Below are positions 24,060-35,642 of a stretch of DNA of 64,000 bases, in pieces. The stretch's first letter is position 1; each line of letters opens with the position of its first letter. The translations under genes and the position numbers were made by a program. This stretch comes from Bacillota bacterium (GTDB lineage: Bacteria; Bacillota; Limnochordia; DTU087): assembly GCA_012798695.1 (NCBI GenBank), contig JAAZMR010000028.1:57168-121167 (forward strand). Direction: 5' to 3'. Under the pieces are notes generated by a model. The model was not told the origin of the DNA and did not search any database. It saw only the letters and a list, made by a program, of their open reading frames with translations.

Positions 24060-24850
24060 ATTACCCTCCCTGAACCCATAACATCCAGCCTGACACTGCC
24101 GATGCCTCGGTCCTTGAGGCCAATCGCTGCCGCAGCACCACTGGACAGATCGATGATTCGCCCTTCCACATAGGGACCTCGATCATTGATGGTCACCACC
24201 ACACTCTTGCCATTATGCAAGTTGGTCACCCGAACTTTCGTGCCAAAAGGTAGATAGCGATGGGCAGCCGTGAGAGCCGAGCGGTCGAAAACTTCACCAC
24301 TGGCCGTGGCACGCCCGTGAAAGCGTTCACCATACCAGGAAGCAATACAGAAAGCAGTGATCACCCCATCTGCACCATTATCCAATACTTGTTCCTGGGG
24401 AACAGGGATGGTGCCCAGAGCTTGCCGCATATTATTGGCCCATATCTTCGCCAGGAGATACTCGCTAGTAAAGTTGAGTGCGGCATGGGCGGCATCGACT
24501 GTGGCAATCAATTGGCCCTGCCAGCTGACCACGATCGAGCCATTGATCACATCAGGGAATATATCATACGGTGCGTAGCTGCTGCCTGAATACCCAGCCA
24601 GCCGGTGGGCGATAATGACAGCCCTCTCAAAAGGCTTTAGACCCCCGGCGGCAGTTCTGACACGCAGCACAACCCGGCGGTGGATCAAGACCTCGCCTAC
24701 TTCTCGTCCTCCGATACGAGCCTGCCGTGCCCCTATGCCTTCTCCAGCCATCACTACCTGCTCAATACGGTAGAATGGATATGGAGACCATGCACCGGCC
24801 AAGCAAGTCAAGACTAAGACAATACACAACACGGCAACCAATTTCCTCAT
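24056..24850 (-). CDS. rlpA: RlpA-family (DPBB) lytic transglycosylase with N-terminal extracytoplasmic domain
   Basis: ASWYG..FHGRATASGE, TAAHRYLPFGT, VTINDRGPY, IIDLS; N-terminal signal peptide. Confidence 0.85.
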   Translation of the reverse strand: MRKLVAVLCIVLVLTCLAGAWSPYPFYRIEQVVMAGEGIGARQARIGGREVGEVLIHRRVVLRVRTAAGGLKPFERAVIIAHRLAGYSGSSYAPYDIFPDVINGSIVVSWQGQLIATVDAAHAALNFTSEYLLAKIWANNMRQALGTIPVPQEQVLDNGADGVITAFCIASWYGERFHGRATASGEVFDRSALTAAHRYLPFGTKVRVTNLHNGKSVVVTINDRGPYVEGRIIDLSSGAAAAIGLKDRGIGSVRLDVMGSGRVI

Positions 24851-24969
24851 TACAAAAACCCTCCTCTATACCCATCTACTTCCATGCATTGATAGTATGG
24901 GCTAAAAGGAGGGCTTCCATACACCAGAAAAACCCATTTCATCCTCAAGCAACTACTGGCGGCTGCTAT

Positions 24970-26178
24970 CTAGGCCAAGATAGCAGCAATGGCCTGGGCA
25001 ATAATCCCCTCTCCCTGGCCGGCGGGTCCCAAGCCCTCTGCAGTAGTCGCTTTGATACTCACCTGATCAACTGTAAGCCCCAATGCTTCCGCTATGTTGA
25101 GCCGCATCTGCAGAAGATATGGAGCCAGTCGGGGACGCTCAGCTATGATCACGCAATCAATGTGGCTGATCTTGGGTAGTGTGCCAGAGCTTCTGATCAG
25201 GATCTTGTTGACTTGCTGTAAGAGGTGGAGGCTGTTGGCACCTCGCCAGCGCATATCCGTATCTGGAAAATGCTGCCCAATGTCACCTAAAGCCATGGCA
25301 CCCAGCAGCGAATCCATGACCGCGTGCAGCAATACATCAGCATCTGAATGACCCAAAAGCCCCTGATGATAGGGAATTTCCACACCGCCTAGAATTAGGG
25401 GCCGGCCTTCTACCAACCGGTGGATATCATAGCCCCAGCCCACTCGGGTTACAGTCGGGGATTGTCTCTCTTGGCCATCATCCTCTGGCTCATCACTTGC
25501 CAAGAGTGCGCTAGCTACAATCAAGTCCTCGGGTGTAGTCAGCTTGATATTCCGATAAGAACCTTCAATTAGTTGTACTGGCTTGCCCAGTTTTTCGACC
25601 AACATACAGTCATCAGTGCCCACACATCCGCTTTCATTGGCTCGGGTATGAGCTTCATGCAATATGCTGTAATGAAAAGCCTGTGGCGTCTGGATAGCCC
25701 AGAGGCTATCCCGAGGCGGGGTGGAAGCAACGAATCCTGCGACATCTCGCACCTTGATAGTATCCTTAACCGGTACCGCTACACCCACAGCCCCATATGT
25801 CCGAGCTGCCTGGATGGCCGCATCAATCAGCTCTGTTTTTGCCAAAGGCCGGGCTCCATCATGAACCAGTACTATTTCCGTATCATCAGGTACATGCTGG
25901 AGGCCAGCCCACACCGATTCCTGCCGGGTTCTGCCCCCTGGTATCACCGCTTGTACTTTGCCTACAGAATAACTGTTAACTACATGCCAACCCAGTTTCA
26001 CCTGATCTTGACCTATTACTACAATGATCCCATCGATCTGCGCAGAAGCTTCTAGAGCCAATAGTGTATGAGCAAGGACCGGTTTCCCGGCCAAATGTAC
26101 AAACTGCTTCCCAGGCCCTTTTAGACCCATACGGACCCCTTTCCCCGCAGCCGGTACGATCGCTATTACCTGTCCCAT
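24970..26178 (-). CDS. ispDF: Bifunctional IspD/IspF (MEP pathway)
   Basis: [29 protein letters not shown], then [21 protein letters not shown]. Confidence 0.95.
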   Translation of the reverse strand: MGQVIAIVPAAGKGVRMGLKGPGKQFVHLAGKPVLAHTLLALEASAQIDGIIVVIGQDQVKLGWHVVNSYSVGKVQAVIPGGRTRQESVWAGLQHVPDDTEIVLVHDGARPLAKTELIDAAIQAARTYGAVGVAVPVKDTIKVRDVAGFVASTPPRDSLWAIQTPQAFHYSILHEAHTRANESGCVGTDDCMLVEKLGKPVQLIEGSYRNIKLTTPEDLIVASALLASDEPEDDGQERQSPTVTRVGWGYDIHRLVEGRPLILGGVEIPYHQGLLGHSDADVLLHAVMDSLLGAMALGDIGQHFPDTDMRWRGANSLHLLQQVNKILIRSSGTLPKISHIDCVIIAERPRLAPYLLQMRLNIAEALGLTVDQVSIKATTAEGLGPAGQGEGIIAQAIAAILA

Positions 26179-26323
26179 CTCCAATCCACTCCCCTGGTCT
26201 TCTTCCCACAAGCCAAACCAACAGATGGTATACGATCAAGAGATCCCCAAACGCAATGCAAAGAGCCTCACTCGTTTCAGCGAGGCCCTATCCAGTTTAT
26301 TACTTTAAACAGTCTATTATAGG

Positions 26324-27421
26324 TCACAAGGCCTTTTCCATCGCTTTAGGCTTAGCAAAAATCATGCGGCCGGCGGCTGTCTGTAAGACACTAGTTACCA
26401 TGACTCCGATATTTTCTCCGATATACTTGCGCCCACCATCAACCACAATCATCGTACCATCATCCAAATACGCTACACCCTGCCCCTGTTCTTTCCCATC
26501 TTTGATCACATGTACTACCATCTCTTCACCCGGAAGGACGATGGGTTTCACGGCATTAGCTAGTTCATTGATGTTGAGCACCGATATACCCTGCAGTTCC
26601 GCGACCTTGTTGAGATTATAGTCATTGGTGACGACCTTGCCACCTAACGCCTTGGCCAGGCGAACCAGCTTGGTGTCAACCTCCGAGGCATCATCAAAGT
26701 CTCTATCATCGATCTTGACAGTAACCCCGGGCTCTTTCTGCATTTTGTTGAGAATATCCAGCCCACGTCTACCTCGATTGCGTTTGAGCACATCAGAAGA
26801 GTCAGCGATGTGCTGCAATTCTTCCAATACAAAAGCCGGGACTATTAGGGTACCTTCAAGAAATTGAGAACGGCATATGTCCGCGATCCGGCCATCAATA
26901 ATTACGCTTGTATCGAGAATTTTCGAAGGTACCTTAGGCCCAAAGATACGTCGCTCCCTGCCGGTGTGCCTATCCACCGAGCGGGGAAATACGTTAAACA
27001 AATACAATAATTCCTCTTTCTTTTTTAGTGCTACGGCCATCGCTACATAACCCATAGACAGAGTCACGATCAAGGGAACGTATTCTCCGACAATTGGTAT
27101 ATGGCTGGGAATAGGAATGGTGGCTAAAATGCCGATGAGCAATCCGACAACTAAACCAATGGCTCCAATAATCAGTTCATGGGGTGAAGTACGATTCAGG
27201 CTGGAAATAAACCGAGACATAAGTTGTTCTATCTTGGCTATGATGCGTGGCCCTATGATCAATCCAAGAACAGCACCTACTATAGATGCTGTCGGCAAGA
27301 CTCGGCCATTGGCCAGTGCAGCATTTTGCCATAGCTCCTCTCTTAACACATAAGCTGTGGCCTGATGTAGAATCCCTGCACCCATAAAGATAAAAACAAG
27401 TCGTAAAATTATCCTATACAC
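26324..27421 (-). CDS. Membrane PIN/TRAM-domain protein (YacL-like)
   Basis: 4 TM helices, KILDTSVIIDGRI, TNDYNLNKVA, GVAYLDDGTMIVV, QTAAGRMIFA. Confidence 0.92.
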   Translation of the reverse strand: MYRIILRLVFIFMGAGILHQATAYVLREELWQNAALANGRVLPTASIVGAVLGLIIGPRIIAKIEQLMSRFISSLNRTSPHELIIGAIGLVVGLLIGILATIPIPSHIPIVGEYVPLIVTLSMGYVAMAVALKKKEELLYLFNVFPRSVDRHTGRERRIFGPKVPSKILDTSVIIDGRIADICRSQFLEGTLIVPAFVLEELQHIADSSDVLKRNRGRRGLDILNKMQKEPGVTVKIDDRDFDDASEVDTKLVRLAKALGGKVVTNDYNLNKVAELQGISVLNINELANAVKPIVLPGEEMVVHVIKDGKEQGQGVAYLDDGTMIVVDGGRKYIGENIGVMVTSVLQTAAGRMIFAKPKAMEKAL

Positions 27422-27599
27422 GATTGTCACCTCCTTTATCTAGTCTGCCCCGAACACTCCGCGAACATTACCATGCATATCGGGGTATATCCAAAGATCT
27501 AAGTACTATATCTAATAATAGCAGCATTTCACACAATAGTAATCCCACGAGTGCGTTACCTGAGCTATAGATAGAAACGCGCCAGGCTAGACCTGACGC

Positions 27600-28076
27600 T
27601 TAACCAAGACATTCACCTAAGAGATCCTCGATTTGTTCCTCTGTTGCATCCTGAGCTAACACCAGTTCACTGATGAGAATCTGCTTGGCATTGTCCAACA
27701 TCTTCTTCTCGCCGGTTGACAATCCTTTTTCAGCATCTCTGATCGCCAAATTACGGACTACCTCTGCCACTTCGAAGATGTCACCTGTACGTATCTTTTC
27801 CATGTTGGCTCTATAACGCCTATTCCAGTTAGAGGACATCTTCGACTTCTTGCCTTTGAGGACTTCGACTACTTTAGGCACACCATCTCGATCAATGATT
27901 TCTCTTAGGCCGACCTCTTCTACGTTGTCCATAGGGACCATGACCTTCATCTCTCCAATGGGCAGCTTCATGATGTAGTATTTCTGCTTCTGCCCTAAGA
28001 CCTCTTTCTCCTCAATCGCCTCGATAACACCTGCTCCATGCATAGGATAAACCACTTTATCACCAATATTAAACAC
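27600..28076 (-). CDS. carD: CarD-family transcriptional regulator
   Basis: FNIGDKVVYPMHGAG, NWNRRYRAN, LISEL. Confidence 0.93.
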   Translation of the reverse strand: MFNIGDKVVYPMHGAGVIEAIEEKEVLGQKQKYYIMKLPIGEMKVMVPMDNVEEVGLREIIDRDGVPKVVEVLKGKKSKMSSNWNRRYRANMEKIRTGDIFEVAEVVRNLAIRDAEKGLSTGEKKMLDNAKQILISELVLAQDATEEQIEDLLGECLG

Positions 28077-28125
28077 CCAAGGGACCTCCATTCCATAGCC
28101 AATCTGGCTATACGAACCCTAGTAT

Positions 28126-28155
28126 ATTCTATCATCAAACGGCAGAAACTGTCAA
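28126..28155 (-). promoter_or_regulatory. Sigma-A promoter of carD
   Basis: Minus strand TTGACA-18nt-TAGAAT with extended TG. Confidence 0.65.
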
Positions 28156-28226
28156 TCCCAGCCCCTACCGAGGTTTTTCGAGCTAATTCGCCATCATAGG
28201 CCAAATTGCTCCATATCATAAGTCCC

Positions 28227-29306
28227 TCAGATATGTCGATCCAAGAGCACCTGTTCCCGTAAGCGCCGCAGACCATCTTGAATGGCCTTTGCCCTCACTT
28301 CACCGATCCCCTCCACATCATCCAACTCGTCTGTACTAGCTGCCAATATGTCAGGAAACCGTTCAAACGTATTGGTTAGGTTCTCGATTACCGGCATGGG
28401 TAATCGGGGAATCTTGGTTAGAATACGATATCCTCTAGGCGTCACCGGTGTATCAAGATTCGTTACCCCACCACTATAACCCAATGCCCGAGCAATTAAA
28501 GATAAATCCAATAAGTCCTCTGCACTCCATTGCCCCAGGATCTCCCAAACCTCATCCCCGGTTTCTTCTTTGCCGGAGGCGAGATAGTCTTTTACTACTA
28601 GCAAACCCTGATCCTTAATATCGACCATCAGTTCCTCCAGCTGCATATTCACCAAACGTCCTTCGGAACCCAGTTCAGCCACATATTTCTCAATCTCGCC
28701 AGCTATCCGATCTACCATCTGCGCCCTCTGCACTACCTGTGTCACATCTGTCAGAGTGACCAAATCCTCGAACTCCAAAGCACTAATATTGGTCAGCGCT
28801 TGCTCCATCACACTCTTGTACTTCTCTAGAGTCTGGAGTGCCTGATTGGCTTTGGCAAGAATCACACTCACATCCCGCATTACGTATTTAAGATTGCCTT
28901 TGTACAGTGTGATTACATTGCGCCGCTGAGATATGGAAATGACTAGTTCCCCTGTCTGCCTAGCCACACGTTCTGCTGTACGGTGTCTTGTACCAGTCTC
29001 AAATGTGGGAATCAAAGGATCTGGATTCAGCTGGGCATTAGCAAAGAGAATTCGCTTGGCATCGGTGCTAAGCACAATGGCACCATCCATCTTGGCTAAC
29101 TCATATAAAGATGTAGGGCGCATCTCTGAATCGATCCGAAAACCACCGTCCACCAGATCCAACACCTGCTCACTATCACCGACGACGATCAGAGCACCGG
29201 TACGGGCCCGCAGGATATTCTCCAAACCCTCGTATAACATGGTCCCTGGTGCCAACATCCAGACTGTCTTCATCATTTGCTCATCCAACATTGGTCTGGC
29301 ATTCAT
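28227..29306 (-). CDS. disA: Diadenylate cyclase / DNA integrity scanning protein DisA
   Basis: ELAKMDGA, TGTRHRTAER, C-terminal HhH VEGIGEVRA. Confidence 0.97.
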   Translation of the reverse strand: MNARPMLDEQMMKTVWMLAPGTMLYEGLENILRARTGALIVVGDSEQVLDLVDGGFRIDSEMRPTSLYELAKMDGAIVLSTDAKRILFANAQLNPDPLIPTFETGTRHRTAERVARQTGELVISISQRRNVITLYKGNLKYVMRDVSVILAKANQALQTLEKYKSVMEQALTNISALEFEDLVTLTDVTQVVQRAQMVDRIAGEIEKYVAELGSEGRLVNMQLEELMVDIKDQGLLVVKDYLASGKEETGDEVWEILGQWSAEDLLDLSLIARALGYSGGVTNLDTPVTPRGYRILTKIPRLPMPVIENLTNTFERFPDILAASTDELDDVEGIGEVRAKAIQDGLRRLREQVLLDRHI

Positions 29307-29336
29307 AGGCGTCCCCCCCTCATGCTAAAAGTCGAA

Positions 29337-30728
29337 CTATTCTCTCATGCGAGGCAAAGCCAGCTGTAATCCTTGGGCAACTGAATCTATCGGTACTAGC
29401 TGCAGATGAAACCGATGAATGTCCAGTATGCGATAGACACTACTGGGTATAATGCATTTTCCAAAACCCAGTTTCGAGGCTTCCCACAGGCGGCGATTCG
29501 CTTGGGGTATGCTGCGCACTTCACCGGCTAGGCCAATCTCCCCTATTACTATCATATCGGCATCCACAGCCCGATTGTATAGGCTACTGCCTACTGCCAT
29601 CGCCACGGCTAGATCCACACCTGGCTCGTCTATTCTTACACCACCGGCTACATTTACATATACATCCTGAGTCTGCAATTGTAAACCACAGCGTTTTTCC
29701 AGTACTGCCAGGATCATGGACAATCGATTGGAGTCTATGCCGTTGGATTGGCGACGAGGTGTACCACCAAAGGGGCTAGGGCCTACCAAGGCCTGAACCT
29801 CCACTAACAACGGCCTGGTACCTTCCATGCAGGCAGTCACTACTGAACCTGGTGCCTGCAGAGGACGCTCTGCTAAGAAAAAAGAGGAGGGGTTTTCTAC
29901 TTCTGCTAGGCCCTGTTCTCCCATCTCAAAAACACCGATCTCGTTGATAGAACCAAACCGGTTTTTCACAGCTCGTAGTATACGAAAATTGGCGTGTCGA
30001 TCTCCTTCAAAGTATAAAACCGCATCTACGGCATGCTCTAAAACCTTGGGCCCCGCAATGGAACCTCCCTTATTGACATGGCCAACCAGGAAAATCGGAA
30101 TGTCAAATTCCTTGGCGATGCCCATGAGCCGGGATGCAGATTCCCGAACCTGGCTTATGCTTCCTGGCGCTGAAGTAACATCCCCATGGGCCATGGTTTG
30201 AATGGAATCAATTATACATAAGGATGGCTGTAGTTCCACCATGTGGGAGACAACTACTTCGACATCTGTTTCGGTGAGCACCAGCAGCGTGTCCTGAAAG
30301 ATGCCTAGTCTTTCGGCCCTCAGACGAATCTGAGGCCCAGATTCCTCACCTGATACGTAAAGAACATTCTGGCCGCCGGCAGCGACTGAGCTCGCTACCT
30401 GCAATAATAGTGTAGATTTACCGGTGCCAGGCTCACCACCAACCAATATTACAGAACCCGGTACTATGCCACCACCTAGCACCCGATCCAATTCCTCAAA
30501 GCCTGTGGATTGGCGAGCATCAGATGTGCCGACCAGCTGTGAGAGCGGTGTCGGTGGGGTATAACTGAATCCTGCTTGCCTGGCTGCACGCCGATTGCCC
30601 GAAGTCTGTGTGGGTTTAATCTCTTCTATCAGGGTGTTCCATTGATCACAGCCGGGGCATCTCCCAAACCATCGCATAGTTTCGTGGCCACAATTCTGAC
30701 AAACGTATTTTCTTTTTATCCTGGCCAT
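29337..30728 (-). CDS. radA: DNA repair protein RadA/Sms
   Basis: CxxC..CxxC zinc finger, GEPGTGKST, KNRFG, Lon-like C-terminal domain. Confidence 0.97.
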   Translation of the reverse strand: MARIKRKYVCQNCGHETMRWFGRCPGCDQWNTLIEEIKPTQTSGNRRAARQAGFSYTPPTPLSQLVGTSDARQSTGFEELDRVLGGGIVPGSVILVGGEPGTGKSTLLLQVASSVAAGGQNVLYVSGEESGPQIRLRAERLGIFQDTLLVLTETDVEVVVSHMVELQPSLCIIDSIQTMAHGDVTSAPGSISQVRESASRLMGIAKEFDIPIFLVGHVNKGGSIAGPKVLEHAVDAVLYFEGDRHANFRILRAVKNRFGSINEIGVFEMGEQGLAEVENPSSFFLAERPLQAPGSVVTACMEGTRPLLVEVQALVGPSPFGGTPRRQSNGIDSNRLSMILAVLEKRCGLQLQTQDVYVNVAGGVRIDEPGVDLAVAMAVGSSLYNRAVDADMIVIGEIGLAGEVRSIPQANRRLWEASKLGFGKCIIPSSVYRILDIHRFHLQLVPIDSVAQGLQLALPRMRE

Positions 30729-30820
30729 ATACTTCCCCCATAAATCCGCACAGCAAATCACTTTAAGTATAGCATTCCTATTAGTATATATCAATTTGAA
30801 CAGTATGAGCTAAGCAGCAC

Positions 30821-30858
30821 AAAAAAAGAGAGCACCGGCGAGTAAACACCGATGCTCC
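30821..30858 (-). terminator. Intrinsic terminator after clpC
   Basis: Minus strand GGAGCATCGGTG-tttact-CGCCGGTGCTCT then CTTTTTTT. Confidence 0.75.
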
Positions 30859-30870
30859 ACACAGCCCAAA

Positions 30871-33315
30871 TTAGACTCTAGCTACTTCCTCTTCTCTTTT
30901 GACGAAGACCAATTGACCATCCTCAGCGCTGACCAAGATGGTATCACCTTCGGTAAAGGTTCCACGCAGAATCTCTTCTGATAGAGGGGTTTCCACCAGC
31001 CGCTGAATCGCCCGCCGCAATGGTCGAGCACCAAAGTCAGGTTCAAAGCCCTCGTCAATTAGTACATCTTTGGCTGCATCATTGACCGATATCAACATAC
31101 CCCGTTCCTGGAGTTGCTGCCTGAGGTCTTTGAGCATAATCTCCACGATCTCTCTAATGTGCCCTTTGTTGAGTGCGTGGAAGACTATGACTTCGTCAAT
31201 GCGGTTGAGAAACTCAGGACGGAAAGTCTTGCGCAACTCATCAATGACTAACCGCTTCATGTCTTGATAACTAGTCTCCTCGTCTTCAACTACCCTAAAC
31301 CCAATACTGCCACTAGAGCGCTGAATCTGATGGGCCCCGACATTAGATGTCATGATCAGCACAGTATTGCGGAAATCTACTGTCCTGCCCTTAGCGTCCG
31401 TAAGGCGTCCATCCTCCAGAACCTGTAACAGGACGTTAAAGACCTCTGGGTGAGCCTTTTCTATCTCATCAAACAGTACCACTGAGTAGGGCCGACGACG
31501 CACCTTTTCTGTCAGCTGACCGGCTTCTTCGTAGCCAACATATCCAGGAGGGGCTCCAACCAACCGTGAGACCGTATGCCGTTCCATATACTCTGACATG
31601 TCTAGGCGGATCATAGCATCTTCATCACCAAAGAGTGATTCGGCCAAAGCCCTGGCCAGTTCTGTCTTACCCACTCCTGTCGGCCCCAGGAAGATAAAAG
31701 ACCCTACTGGCCGCTTCGGGTCCTTCAAGCCAGCATATGCCCTGCGAATGGCTTGGGAGATGGAAGTAATCGCTTCATCCTGCCCGATAACCCGACGGTG
31801 CAAAACGTCTTCCAAATTCAGCAGCCGATCTACCTCTTCTTCAGCCAACTTGACAACGGGAATACCAGTCCAGCTCGATACTACTTCAGCAATATCATCC
31901 TCGTCAACGACACCTTCCCGCCTTACTCGGTCGTTCTTCCATTTTTCTCGGCCATCAGCCAACTCATCTCTCAGATGCTGCTCTTGGTCCCTGAGTGAGG
32001 CTGCTTTCTCGAACTCTTCGTTCTTGATGGCAGACTCTTTCTCAATACGGATCTCCTCGATTTTGGCCTCCAATTCCTTAAGCTCGGGTGGTGTGACCAG
32101 GCCAGATAACCGCACCTTAGAGGCAGCTTCATCAATTAGGTCAATGGCTTTGTCTGGCAGGAACCGATCACTTACATATCGGTCAGCTAGCTTAGCTGCT
32201 GCTGCCAAAGCTTCATCAGTTATTTTGACACGGTGGTGAGCTTCATAACGATCCCTTAGTCCCTCCAAAATCGCTATACTCTCTTCCACACTCGGCTCAT
32301 CTACCATTACCGGCTGGAATCTTCTCTCCAAAGCCGCATCTCTTTCAACATATCTCCGATACTCATCAATGGTAGTTGCCCCAATCGCCTGCAGTTCGCC
32401 TCGAGATAGAGCCGGTTTGAGGATATTGCTGGCATCAATGGCTCCTTCGGCTGCTCCTGCCCCGATGATTGTGTGCATTTCATCAATGAACAGGATCACA
32501 TCTCCCGAGGTACGAATCTCTTCCATCACTTTCTTGAGCCGCTCTTCAAATTCTCCTCTAAACTTAGACCCAGCTACCAAAGCACCCAAATCCAGAGTCA
32601 CTACCCGTTTTCCTATGAGAGTTTCAGGAATATCGCCAGCCACAATCTGCTGTGCTAAGCCTTCTGCGATAGCGGTTTTGCCCACCCCAGGCTCTCCAAT
32701 CAAACAGGGGTTATTCTTGGTGCGGCGGCTTAATACCTGGATTACCCGCTGTATTTCCGCCTCTCGACCAATGACCGGATCCAGCTTACCTTCCCGAGCC
32801 ATATCGGTTAGGTCTCGCCCAAACTGGTCCAGGGTCGGAGTCTTGCGTGCCCGACCGGCCTTGCCACTGGCAGGGGGCCCGGCACCTTCACCTAGGAGTT
32901 CCAAGACCTGCTTTCTCACTCTCTCAAGATCAACACCAAGATTGTGCAATACCTGAGCCGCTACCCCTTCACCCTCCCGAATTAGCCCCAGGAGGATGTG
33001 TTCTGTGCCAATATACGTATGGCCCAATTGGCGGGCCTCATCAAAAGCGAGCTCTAATACCCGTTTAGCTCTAGGGGTGAATCCAATCTGACCGATGGTC
33101 ATACCCTCACCCCGCCCGATAACTCTCTCTACTTCAGAACGAACTTGTTCCAATGCACCAAGTTCTTGTAGGGCTCTGGCAGCCACACCATGCCCTTCTG
33201 CCACTAGGCCCAAGAGAATGTGCTCAGTCCCCACCACATTATGGCCCAGGCGACGAGCTTCCTCTTGGGACAGTACTATGACTCTCTGTGCTCGCTCGGT
33301 GAATCTGCCAAACAT
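30871..33315 (-). CDS. clpC: ATP-dependent Clp protease ATP-binding subunit ClpC
   Basis: Two Clp-N repeats, two AAA+ domains ([16 protein letters not shown]), UVR middle domain, IGF loop. Confidence 0.98.
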   Translation of the reverse strand: MFGRFTERAQRVIVLSQEEARRLGHNVVGTEHILLGLVAEGHGVAARALQELGALEQVRSEVERVIGRGEGMTIGQIGFTPRAKRVLELAFDEARQLGHTYIGTEHILLGLIREGEGVAAQVLHNLGVDLERVRKQVLELLGEGAGPPASGKAGRARKTPTLDQFGRDLTDMAREGKLDPVIGREAEIQRVIQVLSRRTKNNPCLIGEPGVGKTAIAEGLAQQIVAGDIPETLIGKRVVTLDLGALVAGSKFRGEFEERLKKVMEEIRTSGDVILFIDEMHTIIGAGAAEGAIDASNILKPALSRGELQAIGATTIDEYRRYVERDAALERRFQPVMVDEPSVEESIAILEGLRDRYEAHHRVKITDEALAAAAKLADRYVSDRFLPDKAIDLIDEAASKVRLSGLVTPPELKELEAKIEEIRIEKESAIKNEEFEKAASLRDQEQHLRDELADGREKWKNDRVRREGVVDEDDIAEVVSSWTGIPVVKLAEEEVDRLLNLEDVLHRRVIGQDEAITSISQAIRRAYAGLKDPKRPVGSFIFLGPTGVGKTELARALAESLFGDEDAMIRLDMSEYMERHTVSRLVGAPPGYVGYEEAGQLTEKVRRRPYSVVLFDEIEKAHPEVFNVLLQVLEDGRLTDAKGRTVDFRNTVLIMTSNVGAHQIQRSSGSIGFRVVEDEETSYQDMKRLVIDELRKTFRPEFLNRIDEVIVFHALNKGHIREIVEIMLKDLRQQLQERGMLISVNDAAKDVLIDEGFEPDFGARPLRRAIQRLVETPLSEEILRGTFTEGDTILVSAEDGQLVFVKREEEVARV

Positions 33316-33342
33316 TAACCCTCACCTTCCTTTTGCCTTCTG

Positions 33343-34422
33343 CTAGGCATTTTTCTCCTGCAGACCGGTATGCATATACTCACGAACTAGACTTGCCCTA
33401 TACATATCCCGTTCCGCTGCATCCATATTTCTGCCGATTAATTTCTGCACATGTGCTGGCCGAATCAAGACCACAAGATATCTGGGGATACGAGCATCCA
33501 GTTCCTTGATCAATCCCATATCCACTCCTAGCCACACCTCGGAGACTAACTGCATGGCTTCTTGGCTGGAGATGATCCTGGCCTGTGTCAATATTCCTAA
33601 TGCACGATAAGCTCTATCTGCCAGTTCCGCTTCACCTATGCGCACCAGCTGTTGGCGAGCTTCCCTTTCTTGATCAATAATCTGTCTAGCCACTGTAGCC
33701 AGATGCTGGATGATTTCCTTTTCTGAATGACCCAGTGTCAGCTGATTGGATATCTGATAGATGTTGCCTACAGCCTCAGTGCCCTCACCATATAAGCCTC
33801 TCACTGCCAGGCCCAGTTTATTAATGGCCGGTACTAACCGCTGCATCTGCCTAGTCATGACCAGTGCCGGCAGATGGAGCATCACCGATGCCCTCAGCCC
33901 TGTTCCTACATTAGTGGGACAGGCGGTCAGAAACCCTAGCTCCGTAGAAAAGGCATATTCCAGTTTCTCCCCAATCACATCATCCACTTGATCACATTGT
34001 TCCCAAGCCGACTGTAGTTGAAACCCCGGGTAAATAGATTGAATACGCAGGTGGTCCTCTTCATTGACCATAATGCTAACCAGCTCATCACGACGGAGCA
34101 CCACTGCCTTATGCTTTACATTCTTAGTCTGCTGGGGACTTATCAGGTGTTTTTCAACCAACAACTCTCTTTCCAGGATAGGCATGTCAGCAATACTAAA
34201 GTAGTCCATATTGGCCTGGCTATCGTGTACTGCCACCGACCGTGCCAATTCAGTGATATGAGTTAGCTGTTCGTCACTCGCCATGTCAGGAAAAGGGATC
34301 TTGGCGACATTGCGTGCAAGGCGAATACGGCTGCCCATGACAATGTCACTATCCGGCCCTTGGCCCCTCATCCACTGGCTGAGGATCTTGTTCACTGCTT
34401 CTTGCAAAGACACCTGTGTCAA
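33343..34422 (-). CDS. mcsB: Protein-arginine kinase McsB
   Basis: SRIRLARN, NEEDHLR, TACPTNVGTGLRAS, YQISNQ. Confidence 0.96.
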   Translation of the reverse strand: MTQVSLQEAVNKILSQWMRGQGPDSDIVMGSRIRLARNVAKIPFPDMASDEQLTHITELARSVAVHDSQANMDYFSIADMPILERELLVEKHLISPQQTKNVKHKAVVLRRDELVSIMVNEEDHLRIQSIYPGFQLQSAWEQCDQVDDVIGEKLEYAFSTELGFLTACPTNVGTGLRASVMLHLPALVMTRQMQRLVPAINKLGLAVRGLYGEGTEAVGNIYQISNQLTLGHSEKEIIQHLATVARQIIDQEREARQQLVRIGEAELADRAYRALGILTQARIISSQEAMQLVSEVWLGVDMGLIKELDARIPRYLVVLIRPAHVQKLIGRNMDAAERDMYRASLVREYMHTGLQEKNA

Positions 34423-34440
34423 CCCCCTCTCACTTTTGGC

Positions 34441-34977
34441 CTAGCGGTCCTCCCGCCGCTCAGCTTCCCGCAGTTCCTTTTCTAGGTGGCGGATCTTATC
34501 CCGCAGCTTAGCTGCTTGCTCGTAATTCTCTTGGGCAATAGCCGCTCGCTGCTGTTCTCGTAGTTCCTCCATCTGCCTGCGATATCCGATAGCAGCACTG
34601 CTATACCCGGGCACTTTGCCTGTATGACCGGTGCCACCTTGAATCCGCCTCAGCAGAGGTTGAATTTGACTCTCAAACTGTTCATAGCAGACACTACACC
34701 CCAAACGTCCTACTTCCTTAAACTTGGCATAGCTGAAACCACAATTAGGGCAACGCCCCATAGCTGTCTCTACCGCGGGGCCCGGAGATATTGTCTGGGC
34801 ATGCTGCAGCATCCCTGTCAAAAAGTCTTGAAAGGTAAACGCCGGTTGGGAGACAAAAGTCAATTCACCCTTAGCTTGTGCACATTCCTGACACAAATGG
34901 ACTTCTGTCTTCATGTTGTTTACGATCTTGGTGATATGAACCGTAGCCGGATGCTTGCGGCATTCTTCACATAGCAT
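34441..34977 (-). CDS. mcsA: McsA (CxxC/UVR activator of McsB)
   Basis: Four CxxC motifs, HTGKVP, C-terminal UVR (YEQAAKLRD). Confidence 0.95.
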   Translation of the reverse strand: MLCEECRKHPATVHITKIVNNMKTEVHLCQECAQAKGELTFVSQPAFTFQDFLTGMLQHAQTISPGPAVETAMGRCPNCGFSYAKFKEVGRLGCSVCYEQFESQIQPLLRRIQGGTGHTGKVPGYSSAAIGYRRQMEELREQQRAAIAQENYEQAAKLRDKIRHLEKELREAERREDR

Positions 34978-35092
34978 CTCCCTTACCTCCCTCTGTGTGC
35001 CTTACCAATCCACGAGACTCTGAACACTTAGCCTGAATTAGTCTATTGCACTGTCGCTCTACTGCTACATTATTGTCTGCACAGGCAGAAGG

Positions 35093-35572
35093 TTAGCTTC
35101 CATATAGCAATACCATCAGCATGGAACGCAGTAACATGGCTCTAATCCTGCCGGCATAGACCGGATTGATATTCTGCATCTCCTCTGCCAACAGAGAGCG
35201 AATGACCACTGCTTCTTTTCTACTCAAGTACTCGTGGTCCAAGAGCCTGACCAGCACTGCTTCCGCCCCATCCATGTCTATACTTTCACCGATTGTCTCA
35301 TATATCCAAGGGCAGATCCCTTGCTGGTGTTGAGGCTCCAAACGGAGAATGCGGATATAGCCACCGCCTCCCCGCCGACTTTCTACTATATATCCCCGCT
35401 CGTTACTAAAACGAGTTTTGAGTACATAGTTGATTTGGGATGGCACACATTCAAATAACTCTGCCAGCTCGATTCGCCTAATCTCTAGCCCGCTCTGCCC
35501 GGATTGATCCAATAAGGCTTTGATATATCGCTCGATATGATCTGCTAAACTGCTAATGAATGCCACCTCCAC
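35093..35572 (-). CDS. ctsR: Class III heat-shock repressor CtsR
   Basis: CVPSQINYVLKTRF, VESRRGGGGYIRI; true start uncertain (see findings). Confidence 0.96.
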   Translation of the reverse strand: MEVAFISSLADHIERYIKALLDQSGQSGLEIRRIELAELFECVPSQINYVLKTRFSNERGYIVESRRGGGGYIRILRLEPQHQQGICPWIYETIGESIDMDGAEAVLVRLLDHEYLSRKEAVVIRSLLAEEMQNINPVYAGRIRAMLLRSMLMVLLYGS

Positions 35573-35585
35573 CCCAGGCGGTTGT

Positions 35586-35602
35586 TTTGACCTTTATTGA
35601 CC
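35586..35602 (-). promoter_or_regulatory. CtsR operator (heptad direct repeat)
   Basis: Minus strand GGTCAAT-AAA-GGTCAAA matches RGTCAAA-NAN-RGTCAAA; lies between the promoter and the ctsR start. Confidence 0.85.
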
Positions 35603-35612
35603 ATCCGTGTTT

Positions 35613-35642
35613 ATTATACCAGGTGGGGCAGCCATTATTCAA
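35613..35642 (-). promoter_or_regulatory. Sigma-A promoter of the ctsR operon
   Basis: Minus strand TTGAAT-18nt-TATAAT with extended TG. Confidence 0.7.

Noticed and set aside
24970-26178. IspD-IspF fusion
   Set aside because: Well-known bifunctional architecture; not novel.
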